64,000 bases of DNA from Hypanus sabinus (lineage: Eukaryota): contig NC_082708.1 of the NCBI RefSeq assembly GCF_030144855.1, positions 45,136,001 to 45,200,000 of the forward strand. The letters are read 5' to 3'. The notes under the pieces are model-generated. The model was not told the DNA's origin. It searched no databases and was given only the letters and a program-made list of their open reading frames with translations. Numbering within the stretch: the stretch's first letter is position 1; every line of letters starts with the position of its first letter. The position numbers were made by a program, and so were the translations under genes. Below, piece after piece: positions 38,020 to 50,900 of the stretch.

Positions 38020-38165
38020 GAGAACGGTAGAAGATGTATGAGAAGATGTAGCTGTGAGAGTCACAGGGCAGTTCTTGACCTGTCCTCTGGGAGAGATAGA
38101 GAAGTCAAGAAAAGGAAAGGAGGAATCAGATATGGACCAGTTGAAAGTGAGAGCAAGATGAGACC
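38020..38165 (-). mobile_element. Penelope-like RT fragment
   Basis: HLALTFNWSISDSSFPFLDFSIS matches the PLE RT motif (L.FTWSISD..LPFLD). Confidence 0.65.
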
Positions 38166-38665
38166 AGGTGACAGTCATCTCTGAGCTTGAAACATTCCTA
38201 TTCTGAAGGCTCAGCCTCAGAATCATCATCTTTACAAAAACATTAGTCTTGGAGTTAGACAGCTGGATTAAAGAATGCTGATAGAATGTCAAATTAATCA
38301 TGATTACCCATTTTCATGATCTTTTGCTAATGAATCTGATTTCATTAAATACATACAGATATGCTTACTCCCACGTTTCAAGTTAGCAATTTTATTTTTA
38401 TCAAAAATGACACAGCACATTTTTGGGAATAAAGATGAATCATTAACACTCTACTTAAATTTATATATTAATTATGATATTGATCTATCAATCTAGAAAT
38501 TGGATGTCAGCACCTAATATAAAAAGCTGGGAAATCAAATCCCACAAAAGACAAGAATTGTATTGATCTGCAAAGAGTGAAAAAAGATTCAGTTACTAGT
38601 AAAAAGTAATTAAATTTGTAATAAAAAAGGATAAAGCTTTCAGAACCATAAGGAACTAGCAGGTT

Positions 38666-39004
38666 AGTTGTGTAATTAATATTTCATTAATATTTGAGTA
38701 CTATAATACTTGAGCATTATTATTTGAGTAGGCAGTTTAAATGGTTTCAGCATGGCCTAGATGGGCTGAATGGACTGTTTATGTGCTGTACTTTTTTGTG
38801 ACTCTATGACTATTATAAATATATTGTTTGATAAGCATTATTTGTTGTTTATATAATTCATTACATGTTATATGTAAAAGTACATGAATGGCATATGTCA
38901 TTACGCCAACAGTCCTATGCGTGTGTCTCATTGATGTAAAAATCTTGGGCTCTTTTGGCTTTTCTTTCAATTAATTTTATGCTTTGAGGTTACAAAATAC
39001 AACA
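38666..39004 (+). repeat. 5' LTR of the Gypsy element (with inserted retroposon tail at 38731-38811)
   Basis: Direct repeat of 42032-42262; ends ..ACAACA followed by a PBS-like GTGGCAAACAG. Confidence 0.8.
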
Positions 39005-41936
39005 GTGGCAAACAGTAAGTTTAAAATGAAACTGGGACAACTATCTACCTGCTGAAGCACAATACGTTTTTTCTTCGCAAGAGGAAAGAAACGGTTGTGT
39101 TAGAAAAAAGCACAGCACATGGTTTCTTTGTAAATTAGGAGAAGATGGTCAAGTTTTAAAAAAGCGGGAAAAGGACAAAATTAACAGGTTCCTAAACAGT
39201 GAATACCAGGTGATAATAATATACAAGTAAACAACAGAAATGGCTGGCTCCATTGATAAGATAGACACATTTGATTCTACAACAGATAACTGGATGTTGT
39301 ATACTGAGTGAATTGAGCAGTACTTAGAAGCAAATGCAGCAGCCATTGAAAAGCAAGTGTTAGTTTTGCTGAGTGCATTAGGTGGAAAGGCATAATGTTT
39401 GACTGCTCCAACCAAACCAGCTGAAGGTTACTGCAAAAGTAGTGCAAGAAGATTTACAACCAAAAACATTCTTGATTGCAAAACCGTTTAGGTTTCAAAA
39501 GCAAAATCAAAAAGAAAGGGTGCATGACTGAAATGAAGAGATTGCCAAATCATTTTCATTTCAATGCTGGGCTTAATGAAGCACTGAGAGATTATTTAGT
39601 TTGTGAATTTCTTACAAGAAAGCATTCAAAAGCAGCTCCTAACTGAAGCACAATTTACATTTACAAGAGCAGTTGAAATTGTTCTTTCAATGGAAACGAA
39701 TGACAGAGACACAAATGAGTTGTAGTCAGGAACAAAAGTGAGTATGAGCAAAATTACAGCATCTGAACAGAAAACAACTTTGCTGAACAAATTGTGTTTC
39801 CATTAACGCAGGAGATCACATACACCAGACCAATGCGGTTTAAAGGCAAAACTTACAGAAGATGCAACTAACTAAAGTAGGACACATGCAAAGTGCATGT
39901 CAGGCAAACAAAAATAAAAGGACAGTACAGCAAAAAAGATAAATGCAAAATCGAAGTTGAAGTTTCAAAAAGATCACTAATCTGCATGCTGTTGTGAAAA
40001 ATCTGATAATGATAAGAGTGACACAGTACTGGCTGGCCCTGAGAATTACAATGTGAGAACTAAGCAATATGGCTCACACTAGGAGAGAATGGGAAATTAA
40101 TTAAAATGGAATTGGACACTGGCACAGCTGATTCATTTATTCCACAAACAGAGTTTGAGCAGCATTTCAAAGATACTGAACCGAAGCTCCAGATATCCAA
40201 CCAAGAATTTATACTGGATTTAACTCCTTTGGTAATGACATTTGTAGCAATGAAATACACAACCAACAAGCCAAATTGGGCTCGTAGGTGGTAAAAGCAG
40301 CATTGTGGGACTGTGGTTGGCTGAGACAACTACAACTTGATTGGATATCTATCCACCATTTGCAAGCCCCATCCCCTGTAATAAAGGCAACTGAAAGCAA
40401 ATTAAGAAAGGCACTAGATGACACCACAACATTTTTCAAGAATGGCAATGGTGAACTCAAACAATCAAGGAAAAGATAGTGTTAAGTGAAAAAGCCACAC
40501 ACAAACTTCGCAAAGCCTACCTGGTTCCCTTTACCATCCGTGATAAAGTAGCCAGTGAGCTAGATCACATGGAGGCTGAAGGAATTCTTCCCAAGTTGGG
40601 GTGGAGCCGTGGGCAGTGCCAATAGTCCTAGTAGCCTTGAATGATTGGTCTGTCAGGATCTGTGATGATTTTAAAGACACCATCAACCCAGTACTGAAAG
40701 TAGATCAATACCCTCTGTCCAGGATACAAGATGCTGCATCTTTACAAACCTTTCTGGAGGAAAACAAGAAGACTTAGTTGAGGCCTACTTACAAATGAAA
40801 ATGGAAGAAGAATCTGAAGTATTTCTCACCATAAGAACACAGAAGTATTTTTATTGCTGTAGTATGTTTACTTTTGGAGTAGCATCTGCACCTGCACCCT
40901 GGCAGAAAGCTACAGACCAGGTGCTGCAAGGCTGCCCAGGCACTCGGTGTTACCTGGATGACATCATTGTTACCAGTACCTCCGGAATCTTAAGTCAGTG
41001 CTAAAAAGATTAGAATATTTGGACTCAGAGCACATTGCAAAAAATGTGAATTCTGGAAACCAAGCATCACTTATCATGGTCATAACTTTGACACACGTAG
41101 ATTGCACAGTATGCTGAGAAAATTCAAGCAGTGGTGGATGCCTCAAGGACAATGGACATGTCACAGCTGTAGTCCTGTTTAGGATTTGTAAGTTATTATA
41201 ATGGCTTCCTTCCAAACTTGGCTATGGTCCTCCACCCCTTGAACTCATTACTATATATCGGGAAGAAATGGCAATGGACAAAGGAAATGGTGATGTCAGG
41301 CACAGTACTCACACATTATGATCCAGATCATCCAATAGAACCTGTCGGTGATACCTTGCCTTATGGCATAGATGCAGTCATGTTGTATGCTATGAGTGAT
41401 TGAAGTGAAAGCCCCATAGACTTTGCATTCCCATACCGCTGCAGAGAAAAATTACACACAGTTTGTCAAAGATGCTTTGAGTCTGGCTTGGGGAGTAAAA
41501 TGTTTCAGCCAGTACCTGTTTTGGAGAGAGTTTACCCTCATTATTGATCATCAATCACTGGTGTCCATTTTCAATCCACAGATGCGCGATCCACTAACAG
41601 CAGTGGCACGAATGCAGAGATGGGCTGTGTTCCTGGAGCACAGTCGCAAGATCAAATTCAAGAGGATGACTAATCATGGAAATGCTGATGGGTTGCACTG
41701 TTTACCTTTAGAAAAGGAAATACCTGAGAAATTTCCAAAAGAAGACACTCCCCTTGACATATTCTGCCTAATGCAAATCTAAAGTCTCCTTATTGCAGCA
41801 GAGATGATCCATAGGGAAACCAGAAAAGAACCCATATAGTCTCAGGTCTATGTGGCAACACAAAATGGCTGGAATGTGTAAACAAGCAACAGAAATCCCT
41901 GAAACACATTTTTTACCAATGCCGAGATTAACACGC

Positions 41937-41938
<2 letters not shown>

Positions 41939-41976
<38 letters not shown>
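41939..41976. repeat. (GT)19 microsatellite
   Basis: Perfect GT run. Confidence 0.98.
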
Positions 41977-41978
<2 letters not shown>

Positions 41979-42031
41979 AACTTGAGATGCATTCTATATT
42001 GAGTTGGAATTGATAGCTAAGCAGGGAGGAG

Positions 42032-42262
42032 TGTGTATTTAATATTTCAGAAATATTTGAGTACTATTGTAAATATACTGTTTGTTTAAGCATACTTTGT
42101 TGTTTACATAATGCATTATAAATTATACGTAAAAGTATGTGAATGGCATACATGATCACAACGCCACATCACATTCTCTTCTCACTTGTAGAAAAAGTAC
42201 TGCAATTTATTTCCATGTTTTTCTTTCAATTAAAGTTATGTTTTGGAGACATAAAACATAAC
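42032..42262 (+). repeat. 3' LTR of the Gypsy element
   Basis: Preceded by the polypurine tract AGCAGGGAGGAG; shares TAATATTTCA..AATATTTGAGTACTA..GTAAAAGTA..TGAATGGCATA..TTCTTTCAATTAA with the 5' LTR. Confidence 0.8.
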
Positions 42263-42284
42263 TGTATGGCTAATTGAAGTATAC

Positions 42285-42700
42285 AATGCTAGCATTCAAT
42301 TTGCGATGACTATGTCATAAAGACCAGGATGTACTGCTGAGGCATTATAAGGCACTGATCAGACAGCATTTGGAATCTTGAGAATAATTTTGGGTTCATA
42401 TCAAAGGAAGGATGGGCCTACCAGGAGTTTCACAGTAATTATTCCAGAAATGAGAGCTTTAACATATGAAAAACAGTTGTTACCTCTGGGACTGTACCTA
42501 ATGATGTTCAGTTGGATGAGCAGGGATCTCACTGAAATCTATTGGATACTGAAAGGCCTGGATAGAGTGGACATGAAAAAGAGTGAATTTGATGGGAATG
42601 TGGGCAGAACAGGGAAATCACAATGAAATGGGATTGCTCTGAGAGCTGGGATATATTCAACGGGTGGAAGCATGGGTTAAGGAGACAGCAGGAGCTATTT
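42285..42700 (+). mobile_element. CR1 LINE fragment
   Basis: YEKQLLPLGLYLMMF..DLTEIYWILKGLDRVD. Confidence 0.82.
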
Positions 42701-42939
42701 CAACTCTGCGTACCAGTCAGAAAGAACACAATTCAATTGGCAGCTACAAATTATCACAAATCATCCATATAACTAAAATTAACTTTATGAATTTGGTGGG
42801 TGGATAAAGCGGCTCCCCAAAGCATAACAGTCTGAATGTGGTACGCACTTCAATAGTTGGAAGGGCCACAATATACAAATGCTTTCTTCACCACTCTGTC
42901 CCCCTGTGATGCGGCAAACAGTGATCTACGTACAGTACT

Positions 42940-43150
42940 TGCACCCCAGGCTCCTCTCTTGCACTAATTCTGTTTTACTTTCCCTGCATTTATTGCAGCT
43001 TATTAACTTACCTCGCACACATCTTTGGAATGTGGGAGGAAACCAGAGCACCTGGAGGAAGCCCGTGGGGTCACTATGAGGACAGAAGGACTGAATCTTC
43101 AGAGCTGCAAGGGAGTGCCTCCACTTGTCGCACCACTGTGATGCACTGAG
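42940..43150 (-). mobile_element. V-SINE (HE1-like), degenerate
   Basis: TTTGGAATGTGGGAGGAAACCAGAGCACCTGGAGGAA is the reverse complement of the V-domain seen at 6177-6207. Confidence 0.75.
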
Positions 43151-43879
43151 CGAAGAAATAGCAGTATGGGAGGAAGTGGGCTAGGAAGAACTGAGCTACG
43201 TAAAGTACTTTATGCCCTGGACCTAGCTGATAAACTATAAAATTGCAGAAGAAGAAATATTAGGTTGAAAGCCGTACATCTTAGGGTGGGATGTTTTTGC
43301 AACTTCTGAATGTTGCTGCATGAGCTTCAAGACTCCATTACAGAGCAGAGCGAAGATTAAAGTTCCCAGATGGCAGCTGCACTGAGCAACCTGCTCTCTT
43401 CGGTTCTTCCCTGGTGCCCCTTCAAACAGGCTGTGCTCCTTCATTCATGAACCAGTGTGTGCCCGAGTTGTAAGTTGTATCTGACAAAGGGGAGTGGAGG
43501 CTTCTCAGATACTAATGCCACTGTTCCTCCATGGCCACATACATCTGGGGTGCTGCCCCATATGCAATGGTGTTTGATTCTGGAGAGAAAAGGTGTACAT
43601 GGGATAGGATTACGGCAAAGTTCACTGCTTTTCAGAGAGAAGGTTTGGACAGAATATGTTGCTGTGTGGAGCGGGTGAGGGCACCAGAAGTATCTGCATT
43701 TATATTCCTGGCCAGACAGGATTCTGATGCCTACTGGGTTAACTGGTGGTTTCAGGAACAGCACCACTGTTAATATTTTTGTTTCCAGCAGCTTTGAGCT
43801 AAATTCACTCAATCTGCAGGATACAATTGGTATCAATTCTTCACTACTGCTGTTCAGCAAGCTCTCAGATCCAGAATCC

Positions 43880-44402
43880 TGCTCAGAATAGTGACTTAAC
43901 ATTCTGAAAATATAGTAGAACCCATCACAGGACAAGCCCTCGCTACCACTGAGTGCAGTACATTTACATGGAGCACTGGCACAAGAAAGCAGCATCCATC
44001 AGCAAGGACCCACCATCCAGGGCACCTCCTCTTTACACTTCTACCATCGGGAAGGAGGTACAGGAGCTTTCGGTCCCACACTACCAGCTTCAGGATCAGT
44101 TATTACTCTTCAACCATCAGGCTCCTGAACAGTTGTGGATAACTTCACTCACACGAACCTGAACTGATCCCACAACCTACAGACTCACTTTTAACTCTAC
44201 AACTTGTGTTCTTAGTATTATTTTTATTTGCGTAATTTGTCTTCTTTTTCACATCGGTGGCTTGTCAGTCGTTGTTTATGTATCTGTTGCATAAATTCTA
44301 TTGCATTGCCTTACTTTCCTATAAATGACTTCAATAAAATGAACTTTAAGGTAGTATATGGTAACAATAAATTTGACAAAACATTTACTTTCACTTTGAA
44401 TT
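43880..44402 (+). mobile_element. Rex1/Babar-type LINE 3' end
   Basis: IYMEHWHKKAASISKDP..; CTACCATCGGGAAGGAGGTACAGGAGC (LPSGRRYRS); ACTTTGAA tail. Confidence 0.85.
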
Positions 44403-44611
44403 TGTCTTTCTCTATCCATGCTTCTCTCCTCTCTTGTGATATTTCTACCTAATTATTTAAGACAAAGAGCAAATATGTCTATACAGCCTACAAATCATCC
44501 TGCCATTGCAAGAACCCTAGAATGGAGACACAAGAGCAGACAAACTTGGATAACAGCTTGGATAATCACATAGGACTGGTTCATTATAGCCTTTACAGAA
44601 ACATGGTTAAG

Positions 44612-46300
44612 ATCATAAGACCATTAAATATAGGATCCCAACGAGTCTGCTCCACCATTTCATCATGGCTGATCCAATTTTCCTCACAGCCCCAATCTCC
44701 CACCTTCTCCCCATATCCCTTTGTGCTCAGGCCAATCAAGAATCTATCAACCTTTGGTTTAAATATACCTAAAGACTTGGCCTCCACAGCTGTCTGTGGC
44801 AAAAAATTCCACAGATTCACCATTCTCGTGCTGAAGAAATTCCTCCACATCTTTGTTCTAAAAGGATGCCCCTCTATTCTAAAGCTGTGTCCTCTGGTCT
44901 TAGACTCTTCTGCCATAGGAAACATCTCCTCCACATCCATTCTATCACAGTCTTTCACCATTCATTAGGTTTCAATGAGGTCACCCATCATTCTTCTGAA
45001 TTTTGTGAATACAGGCCCAGAGCCATTAAACGCTTTTTATATGACAAGCCATTCAATCTTGGGAATCATTTTCATGAACTTCCTTGGAACCCTCTGCGGT
45101 TTCAGCACATCCTTTCTAAAATAAGGGGCCCAAAACTGTTCACAATACTCCAAGTGAGGCCTCACTAGTGCTTTATAAAGTTTCAATATTACATACTTGC
45201 TTTTATATTCTAGTCCTCTCAAAATGAATGCTAACATGCATTTGCCTTCCTCACCACAGACTCGACCTGCAAATTAACCTTCAGGGAGTCCTGCACAAGG
45301 ACTCCCAAGACCTTTGCACCTCATATTTTTGAATTTTCTCACAACTTAGTAAATAATCAAACACTTGTATTCCTTTGACCAAAGTGCATGACCAGACACT
45401 TCCTGACACTGTATTCCATCTGCCATTTCCTTGTCCATTCTCCTAATCTGTCCAAGTCCTTCTGTAGTCTCTCTATTTCCTCAAAACTACCCACCCCTCC
45501 ACTTACCTTCATATTGTCTGCAAACTTTGCAACGAAGTCATCAATTCCTTCAACTAAATCATTGACATATAATGTGAAAAAATTGGTCCTAACATAGATC
45601 CCTGTGGAACACCAATGGTGACCAGCAGCCAACCAGAAAAAGCTCCCTTTATTCCCACTCTTTGTCTCCTGACAATCAGCCACTGCTGTATCCATGCTAG
45701 AATTTTTCCTGGAGTACCATAGGCTCATAGCTTGATAAACAGCTTCATATGTGGCACCTTGTCGAGGCCTTCTGAAAATCCAATTACACAACATCAACCT
45801 ATTTTCCTATTTTCCTGCTTGTTACTTCTTCAAAGAATTCCATCAAATTTGTCAGGCAAGATTTTCCCTTGAGGGAACCATGCTGACTACAGATTATCAT
45901 GTACCTCCAAGTACCCTGAGGCCTCAATCTTAATAATTGACTGCAATATCTTCCCAACCACTGAGGCCAATAGTTTCCTTTCTTCTGTCTGTCTTTCTCT
46001 TCTAGAAGAGTGGAGTGACATTTGCAATTTTCCAGTCTTCCAGAACCATTGCAGCATCTAGTGATTCTTGAGAGAACATTATTAATGCCTTCACAATCTC
46101 TTCAGCCACCTCTTTCAGAACCCTGGGGTGTGCAGTATCTGATCCAGGTGACTTATCTATCTTCAGACCTTTCAGTTTCCCTACTCTCTAGCTATGGTAA
46201 CTTCACTTCATGATCCCTGACACCTGGAATTTCCACCATTCTGCTGGTGTCTTCCACAGCGAATACTGGTGCAAAAGTCAGTTTTGTTGTCCCCCATTAC
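44612..46300 (-). mobile_element. CR1 LINE, ~1.7 kb 5'-truncated copy
   Basis: YVNDLVEGID.FVAKFADN, LYKALVRPHLEYCEQFWAPY, NFFSTRMVNLWNFLP. Confidence 0.93.
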
Positions 46301-46304
46301 ATGA

Positions 46305-47975
46305 CTGGCTTTTTATGATTCTGTGGTACAGGAGCCTGAGGTGGTATTGTACTTATTAAGGGAGTGTCAGAGATGAAACTACTGAAGGATCATTCAGTGA
46401 GGCTTTATTTGAGGAGCTGAGAAATAAGAAGATGATTACATTGTTAGGATTGTATTGTTGGCCCCAAATGGTCATTGGGAATTAGAACAAAAAATATGCA
46501 GGGTTGGTGCAGAGTTGTAAGCATAACAGGGTTCTCATCGTAGAGGATTTTTGACTATTCTAACTTCAACCAGTTAAGGGCTTCAATGGGATGGAATTTG
46601 TTAAGTGCATTCAGGAATTTTTCCTAAGGCAATATAAAGGCCCCTACTAGGGAGAATGCAAAATTCGATCTGCTTTTGAGTCATAGGGCAGGGAAATTGA
46701 CTGAGGTAACAGGAGCTTTTTGGGGCTGGTGACCATCATTCTATGTGTTTTTAAATAGCCTTGGAAAGAGACAGAACTGGTCCACAAATTCAAGTTTTAA
46801 ATTGGGGTGAGGGGAATTTTGACAGTATGAGACTACAGCATGCAAAGATTGATAGGAATAGGCTGATTGCAGGCAAAGGGACCACTGGCAAATGGAAGTT
46901 TTTAGAGTGAAATAGTGAGGGTTCAAGATCTGCATATTCCTCTTAGAGTGAACGTCAAGGCTGTTAGCAGCAAAGAAGCAAGGATGATAAGACCCTAGCC
47001 AAGAAAAAGCAGGAGGCATTCATCAAATATAGGCAGCTTGTTCAAGTGAATCTCAGGAGAACCATAAGGGATGCAGTAATGTACTCTAGAAGAAAAACAG
47101 GAGGGCAAAAAGAGGACATAACTTTGAGAGAGAAGATTGAGGAAAACCCAATGAGATTTTATAATTATTTTAAGAGAAAAAAGTAACAAGGGAGAGGGTA
47201 AAGGGCCCTTCAAAGTCCAAAGGGACACAACGGTGTGTAGCTGTAGGGGATAGGGAAGCTCTTTAATGGATATTTCTGCTCTGTTTCTACTGTGGAGAAA
47301 GACATGAGGACTTCAGGACTGGGAAAAGTAAAGGGGGAGATTGTGTGCATTATAGTGGAGCAGGTGCTGCACATCTTAAAAGGCACGGAGATAAAAACAT
47401 TTCCAGGACCTGACTAGGTATATCCAAGAGTATCATGGGAGTGTAGAGTAGAAACTGCAGGAAATCTGGCTAAGGTATTTGCATCATTGTTAGCTATGCA
47501 TTAAGTGCTTTTAGGCTGGAGGGTAGCAAATGTTGTACTTTTATTTAAGAAGGGCAGCAAAATGCAACCTGGCAACTATAAGCCAGTAAGTCAAAAATCT
47601 GTGATGGGTAATTTACTGCATAAGGACTCTCTGGGATAAGACATATGTACATCTGGAAAGACAAGGGTTATTTAGGGGTAGTTGGCATAGCTTTATGTTT
47701 GGGAGATCATGTCTTACAAATATGATTGAGTTTTTTTGGTGATTTGTACAAGATACTTGTTGAGGACAGTATGCTAGACTTGGTTTGTAAAACTTTTGAC
47801 ATTTCCATCTGCTAGGCTGCTCTGGAGGGTTAGATCACATGAAATCTAGGAAAAGCTGGCTAATCAGATACATAATTGGCTTGATGGTAGAAAGCAGATG
47901 GAAACGAAGGAAGGTTGTGTCTTGGACTGGAGGCTTATGACTAGTGGTGTTCCTCTGGGGTCAGTGCAGGGTCAA
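46305..47975 (+). mobile_element. CR1 LINE ORF2 internal fragment (endonuclease to RT)
   Basis: Decayed endonuclease region, PGPD-like CCAGGACCTGAC, NYKPVS, and an end at SGVPLGSVQG (47943-47972). Confidence 0.85.
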
Positions 47976-50900
47976 TGATCTTGCCAAAGGAGAAGGTATT
48001 GAAAGTCTACTTGCGGAACCATCTTAGGCAGATCTATTTTGAGAAAACCAAAGAGAGGGTTGTGGTCAGCAAGGGAATCTGCTGCATTTTTCTGCTCATT
48101 TTTTGCAGTTCTATACCTCTTTCATTTTCTCCTGTTTCTGCACTGCCAATAAACTCATGTCTTGGCTTCAAGCTTACTCTTCAAATTTTGATCATGTGCT
48201 ACCTTACCATACAGGGCAAAATTCTTGGAACATAACATTATCGTCATTATCCTGCCATTTGCATCCATGCACCACTTTGAGTATGAGAGCAGCATTTACC
48301 TGGATTTCTGAAATTTTCAAACAGGTGAATTTTACAGATATTCTTCCATGCCCCAAATTTTTGATTCCTATTCCAGCTCTGCGTCGTTTTGTACAAAGAA
48401 AATCTTTGAATTCCATGTCTAATATTGTCAATTTTAATTAGGAGTCTGAAGATTTTTCTATTTCTCTGTTACTAAATGATTATGCTTGGGTATTTCTACA
48501 CTTGTGCAGTCACTCAAAATGAGACTAGTGTCAACTTCTTTAATAGTGTTCACAGCTTGTTCTGTATCACAATCAAGTTTGATTATTGCCAAGGTATTAT
48601 TTTAAATTAATAACTATTTATCTGTCACTTTGACTCAGTTGCCCAGTTCTTTTTGAAATACTGTGCATTGTCAAATGTCAGTACAGTTATTGTTGTAATG
48701 GGTTTATTGCTTCAAATGAAATTTTGGAAATTTCCTGAGGTATCCAGGGACATGTTTAAAGGAAAGTGTTCATTAAAGTATATAATAGGCACTCCTGCAG
48801 GTAGTAACCTGGAGAGCACCAGCGGTCACCTAATTAACACCAGGAGATTGGAATCTGTCACTAAGAGGAATTGCATCTAATTTTGTAGAGTTGCATATTA
48901 ACACATTACCATAGATGAGTGCCATATGAAAATCTTTTAATTCCTTGTTTACTGTTCAGTAGAAATGTGAAACGTTATAATGTGTAGAGCAAATTATTAT
49001 AGCCAACATGTCAAATGTGTAAATTTAAAACTATGTCATCAAAACTCAGCAGTGTTGTATATGTTAAATAGGATAAAGATTATGAACATTTCATTATTCA
49101 AAACAAGTAATATTCATGACAGCAGTATATTACAAAAACACTCAATCATTAATATTTGGTAACATTGCAGACTGTTTTGGAGATGTCCCTTGTATTAATA
49201 ACTTGTTCAAACATCTGGCTTTTACTGTACATTGTGAATGGGGAGACACATGGTCTTTATTTCTGGATTATGGGCAGACACTGAAGTAATGGGGACTGTG
49301 ATTTTTTTTTGAGAACGCTAACTACTGCTATTTTTGTGCTTGGAGGCAAAATTAAATTGAATGCTAAAGGTATTTTCTGCCAAAGGAATTTCTTTCTCAC
49401 AGAACAGGTTTTTCTTATTTGAGGAAACAACTTTGATGCTTATTATTATACTGCATCAATTAATTCTGCAAGGGTTCAATTTCATTGGTTTGTATTTCTG
49501 AGGAATAATGTGTCTGTGAAAGAAATGTTCTGCAAATGGTTCCCATTCTTACATTAATAAGAACTTCAATCAACTGTACAGTGTCATAAACTTTTAGTTG
49601 TTATTATGCCAATTCATTACAGTGGAGCTAGTTATTTTTTTATTTGATTAAGGAGTAATTAAATGCCAGCCCCCCATTCCTGAAAACCATATGCAGAGGT
49701 TTTGGTTAGAAACTGTAGGATAATCCTGCAGCTTAATTTCTCTGCTATATTTGAGTCCTGGCCAAAGAGTGTACAAATACACAACCCAGCTGGCGTAAGG
49801 ATGCTGGTGTGAATCTGTCAACTACACAGACAGGCTGGGAATTTTCTCTTTCCAAAATCCGTGTTTTCCAATATCTGATAAAACTGAGCCCCAACTAGGT
49901 TAACAACTAATTCAGAAACTTCAAGGTACACTGTACAGATGATTTGAAAGTTGCAACTTAGAATTAAACACAATTTAAAACATTCTCATTTACATTGTGC
50001 TTTACATTGTAAACAGCAAAATAAGATGAGACAAATTCAGTTTTTGATTCGAAATCAGATTAGCATCTCAGAAAAGTAATTGGTCAGGCTTTAAGTTCAA
50101 ATGGATCTGATAAAACGTGAAGTATCACAAGTCTGTCTATGGCATTGGGTTATCATTTCCTGGTGTCCTGATAAATTAGCTTCTGTGTTTAAACTCACTT
50201 TCAGCCTTCGTATTTAAGCAGACATGGGAAATATAAAATTCAATGTAAATGAGACTACCATGGAGAGACAGGGTGCTACTTTACTAGAGCAGAACCAGGT
50301 AAAGGCTAAGCCCTGTTATAGTGACAGTTGCTGGACATAATGCTGAAGGTTTAAGACTTTCTAGCAGGATGCTAAGTTTTGCTGATAGCTGGACTTTGTT
50401 GCAGGTGAAACAAAGATGGCATGGCTGCTATTCAGGGATATTTATAAATTCTTAAAATGGCTGAAAAAATTAAAAATTTTAAATTATGTGAATAATTGAA
50501 TAAAATACACTGATTAAAACCATTAGTTCAGCAAGAACCAATGCAAACTTTAATGTAAAAATGGAGCCTACATAAAAGTAGCAAATAAATAAGTCAACTT
50601 ACCTCTTGCCTGCTTCTCTTCAGTCCAGGTAGAGACTCCGATCACACTGGGGCCAGTTTAACTGCAGTAAGACCAGTGAGGTGAAATTAAGTGGAGACTT
50701 ATGACCCAGCAGAATGTCATCTGTACCAGTATTCATCACTCAATAATTCCCAGAGACTTACTTGGAAATTTGGAACTGCCAGGCCACCAACAATCAGCAT
50801 GAGTGACCCATTAGTTTCAAAAATTCACCCTAAGAAATCATGTAGAGAATGTTGCCATGCTGATAAGTAGACCTATCAGGTATGATAAACAGCTTCAGAA

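Larger units (their letters stand above)
38666..42262 (+). mobile_element. Decayed Ty3/Gypsy LTR retrotransposon (gag-pro-RT-RNaseH; integrase missing)
   Basis: Gag from 39240 (MAGSIDKIDTFD..NWMLY.E..EQYLEAN); decayed CCHC knuckles ~39790-39900; protease MELDTG (40106); RT YLDD (40951); RNase H D..PYGI.AV / AEKNY / DHQSL / NADGL; many stops and frameshifts. Confidence 0.92.

Noticed and set aside
39240-41800. Domesticated or active Gypsy gag-pol
   Set aside because: Numerous stops and frameshifts, and integrase is absent.
50603-50661. Minus-strand exon candidate with a GAG|GTAAGT donor
   Set aside because: Stops in all frames, and it probably lies within an old repeat.
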